Assembly (NCBI GenBank): GCA_046563655.1
Contig: CM102287.1
Location: forward strand, 10,168,001-10,232,000
Direction: 5' to 3'
Length of the DNA: 64,000 bases
Origin: Yuukianura sp. NJ FZ-2021
Lineage: Eukaryota
The notes below the pieces were generated by a model, which saw nothing but the letters and a program-made list of their open reading frames with translations, ran no database searches and had not been told where the DNA came from. Below, in pieces: positions 34,144 to 45,889 of the stretch; the first letter of the stretch is position 1; each line of letters starts with the position of its first letter. Both the position numbers and the translations under genes were made by a program.

Positions 34144-36736
34144 TCAGAAATACATTTGTGGCGAATCGGGACAAAGCTCTATGCTCAACTTACGCAACTC
34201 TTCCTCCAACTTTTGGAAATTCTTCACTTGAATTACCCGGTCTTGTCTTCCTAAAGTCATTTCTAGAAGGTTTTCCTCTTCAATAAGCTGGCCAATTCCC
34301 ACGGCAAAGACTTCGATTCCCTGTTCACGTGCCACTTGTGGTTCATTTTCCAACGGATCCGAGGGATCGCCATCCGTTATGAAGACCATCACTTGTGGAA
34401 CCCCCTCTCGTCTCTTGCTGGCCATTTCATAGATGGCAGCACTCATTGCCTTACCTGTTTGCGTGTCGTGGTGCAGATGAGGCGTTGCTCTGATGACTGC
34501 AGAAACCTCAGCGGGGGTTAAGTAGGTATCGAGTTCTATGCCTATCATGACGTCACCGCTGTAGTAGAGGTACGCTATTCTGCTGTTGTCTACAAAGGCT
34601 GACGCCAACTTGTCAACAAAGTCCAGTGCCACAGGAAAGTCGTATTTGCTGATGCTCTCAGAAACATCCAACACAATTCCGAGATCACTAACGTTGTAAC
34701 ATTTCTTCGGTGGTGGTGGAGTTGTGGTGGGCTGTTCGGTGGTCGTTGTGGGGGGAGTACGTCTGGTGGGCGGAGTTGGAGTTCTGGTGGGCCATGTAGG
34801 TTCAGTTGGGGTATATCCAGGGGACGTGGTTCCTCCAGGGGACGTAGTTCCTCCGGGGGGCGTAGTTGGAATGCCGCTGGGGGGCGTAGTTGGAATGCCG
34901 CTAGGGGGAGTAGTTGGAATGCCGCTGGGGGGCGTAGTTGGGATGCCGCTGGGGGGCGTAGTTGGAATGCCGCTGGGGGGCGTAGTTGGGATGCCGCTGG
35001 GGGGCGTAGTTGGGATGCCGCTGGGGGGCGTAGTTCCTCCGTAGGGCGTAGTTCCTCGGGGGGCGTAGTTGGGATCCCGCTAGGGGGAGTAGTTGGAATG
35101 CCGCTGGGGGGCGTAGTTGGAATGCCGCTGGGGGGAGTAGTTGGAATGCCGCTGGGGGGCGTAGTTGGAATGCCGCTAGGGGGAGTAGTTGGAATGCCGC
35201 TGGGGGGCGTAGTTGGAATGCCGCTAGGGTGATGTAGTTCCTCCGTAAGGCGTAGTTCCTCTGGGGGGCGTAGTTCCAGGGGAAGTAGTTCCTCCGGGGG
35301 GCGTAGTTCCTCCAAGGGGCGTAGTTCTTCCGTAGGGCGTAGTTCCTCCGGGGGGCGTAGTTGGAGTGTCTTTGGGTGGCCTTGTGGTCGGGCCTGTTCC
35401 GGGAGGCGGTGTTGGGGTCGGGTCTGTTCGGCGGGGCCCTTCGGTCGTAGTAGAGTTGGGATATGGATCGGGCGGTGGTGGGATACAGTATTTTGGCAAG
35501 TCTATTAGGAAATCCACAAGATGCTCTACGAATTCGACAATACTTTTGCGACAGGACGTGCATTCATCGCCTATAGGTGTAGGGCATGTATCACCGACTG
35601 GATCTTGTTGCCTGGGTTCCGGATAAGTTGCGATGTTTCGATATTTTCGGATATCCTGGAGTTTCGGTACCTCTAGAGTTTTGTCTACCTTAAATACCCA
35701 CACTCCGTTTTGACCCACGTTGCTGGATCCTGCCAATTCTCTAGCCCGATGGGTACATGAGGCGGGACTAACAAGTTGAATTTCCCCTTTGTGAATTTTG
35801 TCTCCAGCGTAGAATCCAGCAGTTGCCGAGCCAAACGCCGGCTGGCTGCAGTTGCCATCGAAATCCATTCCAGAAATCCAGTCGAGCGTTTCTGTAACAC
35901 AAAAGATTCAAAGTTGTCTTTTTGTTTGTCTATTAGTGCTTTAATTTTTTTTTTGGAAATAGTTCTAACCATAGTAAATGATGACATATGAGCCAGTGTC
36001 GTCTCTAGTTAGGATCGTCTGGAACGTGTTCCTGCAGTACGTGTCATATGCATTGTGTCCTCTGGCAGGTACATCCAGCCACGTTGCGACAAAAACCCAA
36101 CGCACGTTGTGGGGCTTAGACCGCGGAAACGCTACTTGAAGTTGTCTGTTGGCTTTTTCCAGATTCTTGACATCGGCATTGACGGAGTGTGAAATTAGCC
36201 CTCCCATTTGTGGGTTAACTTCTGACCAAAAAGGCGCGATAAACATTGACCCATCAACTCGTCCTTGAAGATCGTTGCAACCAAAAATGAAGTAATCGAT
36301 TCCTGTACAAAAAAACAAGTGTTATCAACTTTTCTGTATAAAGTAAATAGCTGTATGTATAATGTATAATATACAATGTGTGTAAACATATTTATGTATT
36401 AATGTAATTAGAAGTATGTATATGTATAATGTACAATATACAATGTGTGTAAACAAATTTATGTTTAATGTAATAGCTTCATGTATAATTTAAGAACAAC
36501 TTAAGTTCAGAATTAGCATAAGAATTACCTTCAAGGAATGAAAGAATGCCATTGTCGCCGACAAAGATGCGGTTGAACGTGTTTCCAAAAAACTTGAAGT
36601 TTGGTAGGCGCGTGCCGACATACGCTTCATCTTTGCTCAAAACTTTGTCCGTCCCAATCTCAAAGAAATGGGACCGATCAATTCCAAGCGTACTTTTGGT
36701 AAAGATCAGAATTGGCAACAACGTTAAGAAATACAT
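34144..36736 (-). CDS. V1: signal-NIDO-Cys/helix-PT repeat-vWA protein; as assembled, broken by two compensating 1-nt indels in the repeat
   Basis: MYFLTLLPILIFTKSTLG; NIDO motifs FIAPFWSEV, VFVATW, NTFQTIL, SNVGQNGVWVFKVD; vWA DVSES..T..TDG; in-frame TAG at 35224. Confidence 0.75.
34820..35365 (-). repeat. Coding minisatellite: 24-bp (TTPPSGIP) and 18-bp (GGTTPP) units
   Basis: About 14 copies of gccgct(g/a)ggggg(c/a)gtagttgg(a/g)at, plus 18-bp units. Confidence 0.92.
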
Positions 36737-38653
36737 TGTAGCCACCTGGAGTTGTGCTCAAGAAGAAGTGCAAAAATGTACTAACAGCAACAGAGCTACT
36801 ATACTACAATTTCGAAAATTCCGAAAGTAGGTTTTATTTGATTTCCTGGCTATTGTTATGATTCCGGGTCATAGTTGCTGTACCAAGAGAAACCGATCCA
36901 GCCGATCCAACTGGTTGGAATTAGAATGGCCGATTCGAGCATAGACTGTAAGCAGAAAGGCCAAACCTTCTTACAAGCAAAATAAAAAAAGCAATAGTTT
37001 AATGCAAATTCAATTAATAATTATTTTAAATCAAATTCCAGCTGAAAATCGCAAGCTAAAACACGTTGATGTAACCGAAAATAAACTAACGTAAATTTAA
37101 AATAATCCAAGCCAAACTGATGTAAAACGATGAAACCCATGTTACGATGAAAAGAAAATCTGTTTTCGGCATATTTCGGATCGGTCCCAAGGATCGGCCG
37201 CATCCTTCCGAACTATGTTTTTTTAATTGTTACTTCAGCCTCATTCTATTTAGGCTATGACCCAGCTTCCTGGTATTATACGACAATTTCTCCATTGTAT
37301 ACACTTTGAATAGGCCATAAAAATATTAGAAACTCAAAAAACTTCCAAATCCACAATGGGGAAATTTCTGGACAAAATCATAAAAACTTATTAGAAAGTT
37401 AGCATTTATTAGACGATGACACGTCATGCACAGCTAGAAAATGTATGGTTTCCGAAAAATTTTGTCATGCGGATGAAATAGGGGTATGATCATGGATGTT
37501 CGTTTCTCACTTCCCAAAAAAAAATCAAACTTTCTCTCGGCAACCTCCTTTTGCTTTCACTCAGAGCAGACGCTAACCTTGTTAAAAAAAACTTTCAATT
37601 ACAATCATTGCAAATTTGTTTCTCCAACATTTCTTGGCGCCTCGTGAGTAACGCGAAAATGTTGCCACGAATGTTAGGATTATGGTTTGGTGGGTTTCCG
37701 TTTCATTGGGGCGTTCATGTGAAATTCAAAAATATCACTTGAAGTTGAGATTACATGATTTTTTCACTTTTTCAAGAATTTCAAGAAACACGAATGTTTC
37801 ACTTTTTCAAGAATTTCAAACAACTCTGAAATTTTTTTTTTCCAAAGCTACTTACTGCCACCTGGGCATTCCACCAAAATGTTTCCACGAATGGTGGGAT
37901 CACGTTTGGGTGGGTTTCATTGGGGCGTTCATTGGAGAAATTCAAAAATAGAGCCACTTGAAGTTAAGAAAAGCGAATTTTCTCACATTTGAAATCCAAC
38001 TTTGGAAATACTTTTTTTTTTTTTCGAAACCATCCATTTTTTTACTCTGGTTTTTGGTTTATCGTTTTTAATAGTAAAGGGTTAACTTTCTAAAATTCAA
38101 ATATTTTATGATTTTGTTCAAAAATTTCTCCATTGTATTTTTAAAATTTTGGTTGAGTTTCTAATATCCTTATGGCCTATTCAAATTGTTTACGACTATT
38201 CTCGAAAGTTACCATAGTTCGATCCGAATAGCCCCGATCCGAAGTACGCCGATCCTAGGGTATTTTTAGAGTAACAAGGGTTTAATTGTTTCACATTAGT
38301 TTATTATAGTTAGATTATTTAAAACTTGCTTAGCTTATGTTCGGTTAGATACGTGTTTTACCTGTGGAATTTTAGCTGGAATTTGATTAAAAATAATTAT
38401 TAATTGAATTTGCATGGAACTACCAGGTCACTTGTTTGACATAAAATTTAGTCACAATTGTAAGCGGCCACAGTTGAAATGCCTGCCATTTTGATTTGCT
38501 CGAGTTGGATCGGTTTTTACATTCAGCGACTATGACTTGGAATAGACAACAACCCTGAAATCCAATAAAACTACTGGCGGGATTTACTTCAACTTTCTTT
38601 TGTTATTAGTACATTGCTACACCTCTTCTTGCGCACAACTCCAACTGGCTACA

Positions 38654-40706
38654 ATGTATTTGTTAACATTGTTGCCAATTCTGATCTTTACTAAAAGTAC
38701 ATTTGGGATTGACCGGTCCCAATTCTTTGAGGGTGGGACGGAAGCAGTTTTGAGCAAAGATGAGGCATATGTCGGCACGCGCCTACCAAACTTCAAGTTT
38801 TTTGGAAACACGTTCAACCGCATCTTTGTCGGCGATAATGGCATTCTTTCTTTCCTCGAAGGTAATTCTTACACTAATTCTGAACCTGGGTTGATCTCGC
38901 ATTATTTTTTATAAAACCTATTACATTAGATTGATGGATAATATTATACATAATATAATATAATGCATAATATAATATTATATTTACACGTGATTCATAA
39001 ATGTGTTTACATATATTGTACATTATACATATTTCAATTTACATTATACATAAATGTTGATAACACTTCTTTCTTTTTACAGGAATCGATTACTTCATTT
39101 CTGGCTGCTTCGATATCCAGGGAAATGTTGATGGGTCAATGTTCATCGCTCCATTTTGGTCCGAAGTTAACCCAGAAATGGGCGGGCTAATTTCTTACTC
39201 CGTCAATGTTGATGTCAAGAGTCTCGAAAAAGCCAACTCTCAACTACAAGCAGCGTTTCCGAGCTCTACTCCCCACAATATGCATTGGGTATTTGTGGCA
39301 ACATGGCTGGATGTTCATCCCCGGGGACACAATGCAAGTAACACACACTGCAGAAACACGTTTCAGACGATCCTAACCAGCGACGGAACGCGCTCTTATG
39401 TCATCTTCTACTACGGTTACAATTATTTCACAAAAAAATTAAATAAATAAATACTAATAGACAAATATAAAGACAACTTTAATTTTGTGTTTTAGAAACT
39501 CTCAACTGGATTACTGGGAAGAACTTCGATGGAATCTGCAGCGCGGAGGCACATGGCTCAGCAACTGCTGGGTTCTACGCTGGACACAAAATTCACCAAG
39601 GCGAAATTCAACTAATTAGTCCTGCCTCATGTACCCTCGAAGTTAGAGAATTGGCATCATCCAGCAACGTGGGTCAAAACGGGGTTTGGGTATTTAAGGT
39701 AGACAAAGCTCTAGAGGTACCGAAACTCCAGAATGCTCGGAAACCTCGACAGATTAACCCATATGCTGCTCAAGAATTTCCTAAAGAATGCCCTAAGGCT
39801 AAAGATAATCTTTGTAAATCAACTACTCCTTGTCGCGCAAAAATTGTCGAGCTTGTAGAGTATCTTGTAAAGTTCATACGAGACTTCCCATCCAAATGTT
39901 TGAATAAAGAGCCCGGGACGGGGAACCCACCTCAGGAACCCACCGATCCCCCTGGGTACCCACCAGAACCCACCGACCCGCCTGGGTACTCACCTCCAGA
40001 ACCCAGCTCTTCTCCGAGATACCCTGAAGATCCTTACCCAACTGAACCCCCGTGGCCGGAATACCCTGAACCCACTCACCCCCCAACGAGACCACCTCCA
40101 CCCCCCACTCCGCCCCCCACCCCACCCCCACCACCACCCACTGAGGCGCCAAACGTCGCAGTGGAATGTCCCAAAACCAATGACATTGGAATTCTGGTCG
40201 AAGGCTGTAAAATGACTGGTAGCAACAATTATCAGCTGGCATTGGCATTCATTGACAAGTTGGTAGCAGCCTTTGTTCAAACTAGCAGAATTCAGTTGTA
40301 CTACTTCTGCCAACAAGCTCTGGTACAAGTACGAATTGACAACACTTTTAATCCAGGAAAGATTTCTGATCTTATCAAAAGAACCCCGTTTCTAAACACC
40401 CAAGTCCAAGTGCAAACTCCACAAGCAATCCTTATAGCAGGAGAGAACATGCGCAAAAAGAAACGCCCTGGCGTGCCACAGAAACTGATCGTTCTAGCAG
40501 GAAACAACCCCTCTGTTGCATTCCATACTTCACCAAAAGCAGTTCGTAACATGGGAGTAGATCTGTATGCTGTGGGAATAGGGAATGGCATTAGTTATAA
40601 CCAACTTCTAGAAATGGCATTGCAGGAAGACAGGGTCATTACAGTTGGAAGTTATAACGAATTGGACCAACTTTTGAATAAGGTCAGCAAAACGACTTGT
40701 AATTGA
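38654..40706 (+). CDS. V2: signal-NIDO-Cys/helix-Pro-rich-vWA protein with degenerate MIDAS, 3 exons
   Basis: Exons ~38654-38861, 39083-39415, 39496-40706; vWA reads ILVEGCKM and VLAGNNP. Confidence 0.88.
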
Positions 40707-41409
40707 TATGTTTTGGTGAAATTTTGTGATTTCCTCGTATGTAGAATCTTATTTGAAACAATCTGAAGAAATAAAATCATGAAAACATTTGGATTATTTT
40801 ACAAACTTATTAAGTAGCGAAAGCTGCTTCATGCATCCACCTTGTCCGTCTGTCTGTCTGGACGGCAGTTGGCGGCAATAATAATAAAACTTTTTAGTTC
40901 TGAATTTTGGAAATATTTTAGTTTGCATAATATTTGCTACAGGAATTCATGAATTTCACGCATTTGGGATTCACGAATTCCAAAATTGCAATGGCTTTAG
41001 CTAGATTTTCACAGAAAATGCTGCTGGATTGGATTTAAGTTACATCAATAAAAAAGTTGCGCTACACTTTATAACATTCCTTCAAAAAAAATTGTTTTCC
41101 AGTTTATTTTGTACGAAAATTTTTCAAACCATCTTATTTTGGTGTTCTGGTTTACGTTTATCGTATTGTCACATTGTAACAAGCAAACGTGGGTCATGAG
41201 TCATGATCTTTCACATAGAATTAGAATTCATGACTTAAAAGTAATAATTAAATATACGATTGGATCTGTTTTTTACTTGGAATCAACAATAACCCGGAAA
41301 TGCAATAAACTTAATTGCGGCATTTTCTTGGAATTTAGGAATGGGATTTTGCTGTCTCTCAGTACATTTGTCAACCTTCCTGTTGCGAACAACTCCAAGC
41401 TGCTACAAA

Positions 41410-42360
41410 ATGTATTTCCTTACGTTGTTACCAATTCTGATCTTTACTAAAAGTGCATTTGGAACTGACCAGTATTTAGCCAGTCACCCAGATGTACAGA
41501 AACTCGGGAATATTCGGAATCGTCGAAGCAGCGAAGGCGCAGAGTCGTGCGCCAAAGTCATGGATGTCGGAATTCTGGTCGAAGGCTCTCCAAACATCGG
41601 CGCCAACAATTATCAGCTCGCACTGGGATTTATTGACAAGTTGGTGGCAGCCTTCGTTCCAACGAGCAGAGTAGAGTTGGTTTACTTCAGTCAACAGGTA
41701 TGGAGGGATATTAGTACCAAAACGAATTAAACTTTTCCCGCCAATTAAAGTTTCTCCAATTAACTTTTCGCCAATTTAGAACACGCCAATTAAAATTAAC
41801 TTTAAATAACTTGGCGAAAGATGTTTTTATATGGAGAAACTTAAATTGGCGGGAAAAGTTTAATTAGTTTTGCAACTAATATCCCTCCATAATTTTTTCT
41901 TAGAAATGATTTATTTATTCGTCGATAAATCTCCATATATTGCTAATAAATATCCCTTCATAAACAGGCCCTCATACAAATTCCAATTGACAACACTTAC
42001 ACTCCGGCTCAGATTTCTGATCGGATCAAGAAAACGCCGTTTCTTAACCAACCCCAAATCCAAACTCCACAAGCAATCCTTATAGCAGGAGACAAATTGC
42101 AGAAAAGCAAACGAGCTGGAATTCCACAGAAACTGATCGTTTTGGCCGGAAACAACCCGTCTGTTGCATTCAACACTTCACCAAGAGCAGTACGTGAGAA
42201 GATGGGAGTGGAAGTCTATGCTGTTGGAGTGGGAAGTAGCATTAGTCGTGACCAACTTTCAGCTTTAACGTTGCAGCAAGAAGATCGGATCATTACGGTC
42301 CCAAGTTATAACGACTTAGACCAAGTGCTGAACCAGGTCAGCAAAATGATTTGTGTTTGA
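41410..42360 (+). CDS. V3: signal-propeptide-vWA-only protein with degenerate MIDAS, 2 exons
   Basis: Exon 41410-41697 (96 codons) plus 41968-42360 joins as YFSQQ|ALIQIPIDNTY, collinear with V2. Confidence 0.85.
41699..41962. mobile_element. Non-autonomous TIR element (TAT...ATA ends, 6-bp TSD; IS3EU-like) forming the V3 intron
   Basis: TSD aacagg at 41693-41698 and 41963-41968; ~60-bp inverted repeat 41699-41758 / 41832-41891; second TIR copy ending at 41962. Confidence 0.8.
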
Positions 42361-42926
42361 ACTGTTCTCGAACCAAATTTTTTGATTTCCTTGTATACAG
42401 AAACCAATTGAAACAATCGAAATAAATAAAATTGTGGAAAAGTTTGGGTTATATTTTACAAAATTATTTTACAACACAGTTCATGAAATACTTCTGAAAT
42501 TCCTAATTAAAGTTAGAAAGAAGATTTCAGAAGTTTCAGGTACCTAAGAAATAAAGTGAATAAAATGGAAACAGCGAAACTACGATTGGTAAAGAAACAA
42601 AAACAGCTAGAAATCTTGATTTTTGAAGGCATTGTGTTTGTACAATTCGGTTTTTTAGTTTTTTCTTTCTTTTTCAAAACTTATAAAATTTTCAAAAAAT
42701 CATCCATCTGGTTTGCTTTTCATCGTGTTTAGAAAGTGATAATTTTTTAATGTTCGGATTTTATATAGTTTGGTCCGGCAATTTCTCCATTGTTTTGGAA
42801 TTTTTTTTTGGATCGCCTCAAATCCAATAAACTTATTGCTTGCAGTAGTTTTATTCGTAAAATAGCTGTTTGTTGCTATTGGTCCACTGCTACACTTCTT
42901 GTTGCCCAAAACTCCAAGTGGCTACA

Positions 42927-43883
42927 ATGTATTTCTTCACGTTGTTGCCAATTCTTTTGCTCACGAAAACTACATTTGGAATTGACCAGTATGAAGATAC
43001 TTACCCAGATTTACGGAAACTCGGGGATATTCGAAAACCTAGACAGATCGACGTTCCATATACCGATCCAGAATTTCCCGCCGATGGGCAATGCCCGAAG
43101 CCTAAAGATGACCACTGCGGGTCAACTACACTCTGTCGCAAAAATATCGTCGACCTGGTAGAGCATCTTGTCAATTTCATACGAGACTTCCCCACGAAAT
43201 GTTTGAAAAACCCCCCCGGAGATTCATCCCCACCCACCGAACCCCCAACGGACCCCGAGAACCCTGAAACTGAACCCCCAACATGGACTCAAGACCCCCC
43301 TAATTCTCCGCCCCCCTCAACCACTCATGCGCCAGACGTCGCAGTGCCATGTCCTGAAGTCAGCGATTTCGGAATTATGCTGGATTCATCTGGCAGCATC
43401 GGCAAGAAAAATTATAATTTAGCACTGGAATTTGTTGACAAACTGGTGGCAGCATTTGTTGGAAGGAGCAGAATAATGATGATTTACTATTCCAATCGAG
43501 TCGTACTGTACATTCCACTTGCCAATACTTACACTCCAGCTGAGATTTCTGGACTCATCAAACGAACTCCCTACCTCAACCAAGGAACTCACACGAGCAG
43601 GGGATTTCTGAAAGCAATTCAGGAAATGAAGGCTAACAAAAGAGCGGGGATTACACAGCGTTTGGTAATTTTAACAGATGGAGTGCCCGCTTCTCCACTC
43701 ACATTCGAACCAAAACGAGCACGAGACGCGGGAATTCAAGTATTTGCGGTGGGAATCGGCAAAGACATTAACGAGCGCAATCTTGTACAAATGACGTTGC
43801 GAAAAGACCGCGTCATGACGGTCCAACGTTATGATCAGCTAAAGCAAAAATTAAATGAGATCAGCAAAATGATGTGTCTTTGA
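42927..43883 (+). CDS. V4: signal-propeptide-Cys/helix-PT-vWA protein with no NIDO, single coding exon
   Basis: MYFFTLLPILLLTKTTFGIDQ...IRKPRQ...CPKPKDDHCGSTTLCRKNIVDLVEHLVNFIRDFPTKC...DSSGS..T..TDG. Confidence 0.9.
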   Translation: MYFFTLLPILLLTKTTFGIDQYEDTYPDLRKLGDIRKPRQIDVPYTDPEFPADGQCPKPKDDHCGSTTLCRKNIVDLVEHLVNFIRDFPTKCLKNPPGDSSPPTEPPTDPENPETEPPTWTQDPPNSPPPSTTHAPDVAVPCPEVSDFGIMLDSSGSIGKKNYNLALEFVDKLVAAFVGRSRIMMIYYSNRVVLYIPLANTYTPAEISGLIKRTPYLNQGTHTSRGFLKAIQEMKANKRAGITQRLVILTDGVPASPLTFEPKRARDAGIQVFAVGIGKDINERNLVQMTLRKDRVMTVQRYDQLKQKLNEISKMMCL

Positions 43884-44159
43884 ATTGCTCTATTTCTTAT
43901 TTTGTTTGTGAAATCTTAATTCCTCGTAAGTAGAGGCCGGTTGAATCGGAAGGAAAAAATAAAATTATAAAAACATTTGAGTTATTTTATAAACTTATTT
44001 TACAACTAATACTTTGTACACTAGAAAGTAATTATTGCAAGTTGCAATAATTACTTTCAAATTGCGTTGGAAATTGCCCCGTTGCAATTTGCAACACACT
44101 TTATTGAGTTTATAGAATATGAATATGGAATACAGAATATGATTTGAGAAATTTAAAAA

Positions 44160-44565
44160 TACACTTTTTTCCAAAAAGTAAAAAGCTAGAAAGTTAGAAG
44201 GTGTGATGGCGTTTGAAAAAAAAACAATATTTTGGAATTTTTTAAATTCTGCATAGTAAGTTTTGTAAATACACTTTTTCAAAAAAAGTAAAGAGCTAGA
44301 AAGTTAGAAGGTGTGATGGCGTTTGAAAAAAAACAATATTCTGGAATTTTCCAACTTTCTATAAAAAAGGAAAATGCACTTTAGTGAATTTGTTAGCCTA
44401 ATCCTGACTTTCTTCAAAAGTCCTACTGTAGAAAGTTAGAAGGTGTGATGGGGTTTTCAAAAAACAATATTTTGGAATTTTTAAAATTCCCATAAATTAG
44501 GAAAATACTTTGAAGTGAGGTTCTCAGCCAAATCGTCACTTTTCCAGAAGTCCTACTGTAGTAAG
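44160..44565 (+). repeat. Tandem array of ~110-130 bp units of a dispersed repeat family
   Basis: Three full and one partial copy of agaaagttagaaggtgtgatgg...aaacaatatt.tggaatttt. Confidence 0.85.
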
Positions 44566-45103
44566 TTTAGACGACAAAGAAAAAGACGAGAAACAGAATT
44601 CCATCAAGAAGAATAGATATTTCTGACTAGATATTCTATATCGTAATCTATATTTCGGTTTGCAATTTACTCTCTATTGCCAATTAAATTTCGAAGAGTT
44701 TCAGTTTAAGCTTAAAAAATAAGTTACATGAAATTTAAACTTCATGGCGTTTGTTTTTATGAATCATCGAAGCATTTTTTTTTACAAGTTGTCTGTCATC
44801 TCAAATAAGCAACAGCATTTTCCAAAAGCAATTAATTTTGGTGCCAGGATTTACGCGGGGAGTTGTGGATATACGCAAATTCTCGGGTATTTAGAGCTTT
44901 TCTGGCTATCTTATATAAAGAGCATGCGCAGTTTTTAGAAAGTGTTAACTTTCTAATTTTCGCATTTTTTATGATTTTGTCCAGAAAGTTTCTCCATTGT
45001 GAATTTGGAAATTTTTTCGTTCAATTTCTAATATTCTTATGACCTATTCAAAATGTTTCAATTGGGAAAGTTGTCGAAAAATACGAGAAAGCGGGGTCAT
45101 AAC

Positions 45104-45889
45104 CAGGGCTGCAAAAAATATTTACTAAAAACCCCCAATATATTTATTGAAATATTTACCGAAAAACGGCACTATATTTAAGAAAATATTTACTAAGCAT
45201 GTCAACATTTACAAAATTTTACCTTGAAATCACATAAATTCAGTTGGCATTTGTCAAGGTAAATAGAATACTTATAGGTACGGTTGTTGAAAATTGTTTT
45301 TTCAAAACTGAGTTGCTATGGGATTTTTTTGACTCCGAGCTCATTCATTTACAGTGTTGTTCAAAATTTTCAGCATTTTAGTCTCAATACTTTCGCCGCA
45401 AACTTAAAAATAGCTTAAAAACTCGGATGAACCTGTATTTTCACTCGGAGTGACGTCACTGTGAGTGAAATTGTAAACAAATAAAGAATCGGTTTTGGTC
45501 GCTAAGGCATTTTTGCCGCCCCCTGGGCATTTGTTAATTTATCACTGATGCTATTAGCGCAACCGGGATTTTGAGTATTGCTAACCTGAACTTTTTTTTT
45601 CTTGGCTTAAAAGTTAACAGGATATCGAATTTGTTCAAGGATGATGGCTTTGGTGTTTCTTTATCGGTTGAAAAAGAAAAAATTGTTAATCGCGGACGAC
45701 AAATATCACCAAGATACCGAAATTGTGGGCAGAAAAACGCTGAAACGGCAAAAAATTTACAAAAAATATTGATTATTTTTCAAAAACAGCCAGAAATTGA
45801 GAAAAATATTTATATTTTTTAAAATGGCGGAATATTTTTTTTAAATATAAAAATATTTAATATTTAAGAAAATATTTTTTGCAGCCCTG
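45104..45889. mobile_element. hAT-type MITE (786 bp) in the V5 upstream region
   Basis: 20-bp TIR cagggctgcaaaaaatattt, 8-bp TSD gtcataac (45096-45103, 45890-45897), empty site in the V1 upstream region at ~37230-37270 (reverse strand). Confidence 0.92.

Noticed and set aside
34820..35365. Regular 24-bp repeats resembling a CRISPR array
   Set aside because: No unique spacers; it is a coding Pro/Thr minisatellite in a eukaryotic gene, with no cas genes
34590..35563. Alternative long ORFs (241, 220 aa) across the V1 repeat
   Set aside because: Stop-free frames produced by the repeat; only the segment between the two indels corresponds to the true peptide
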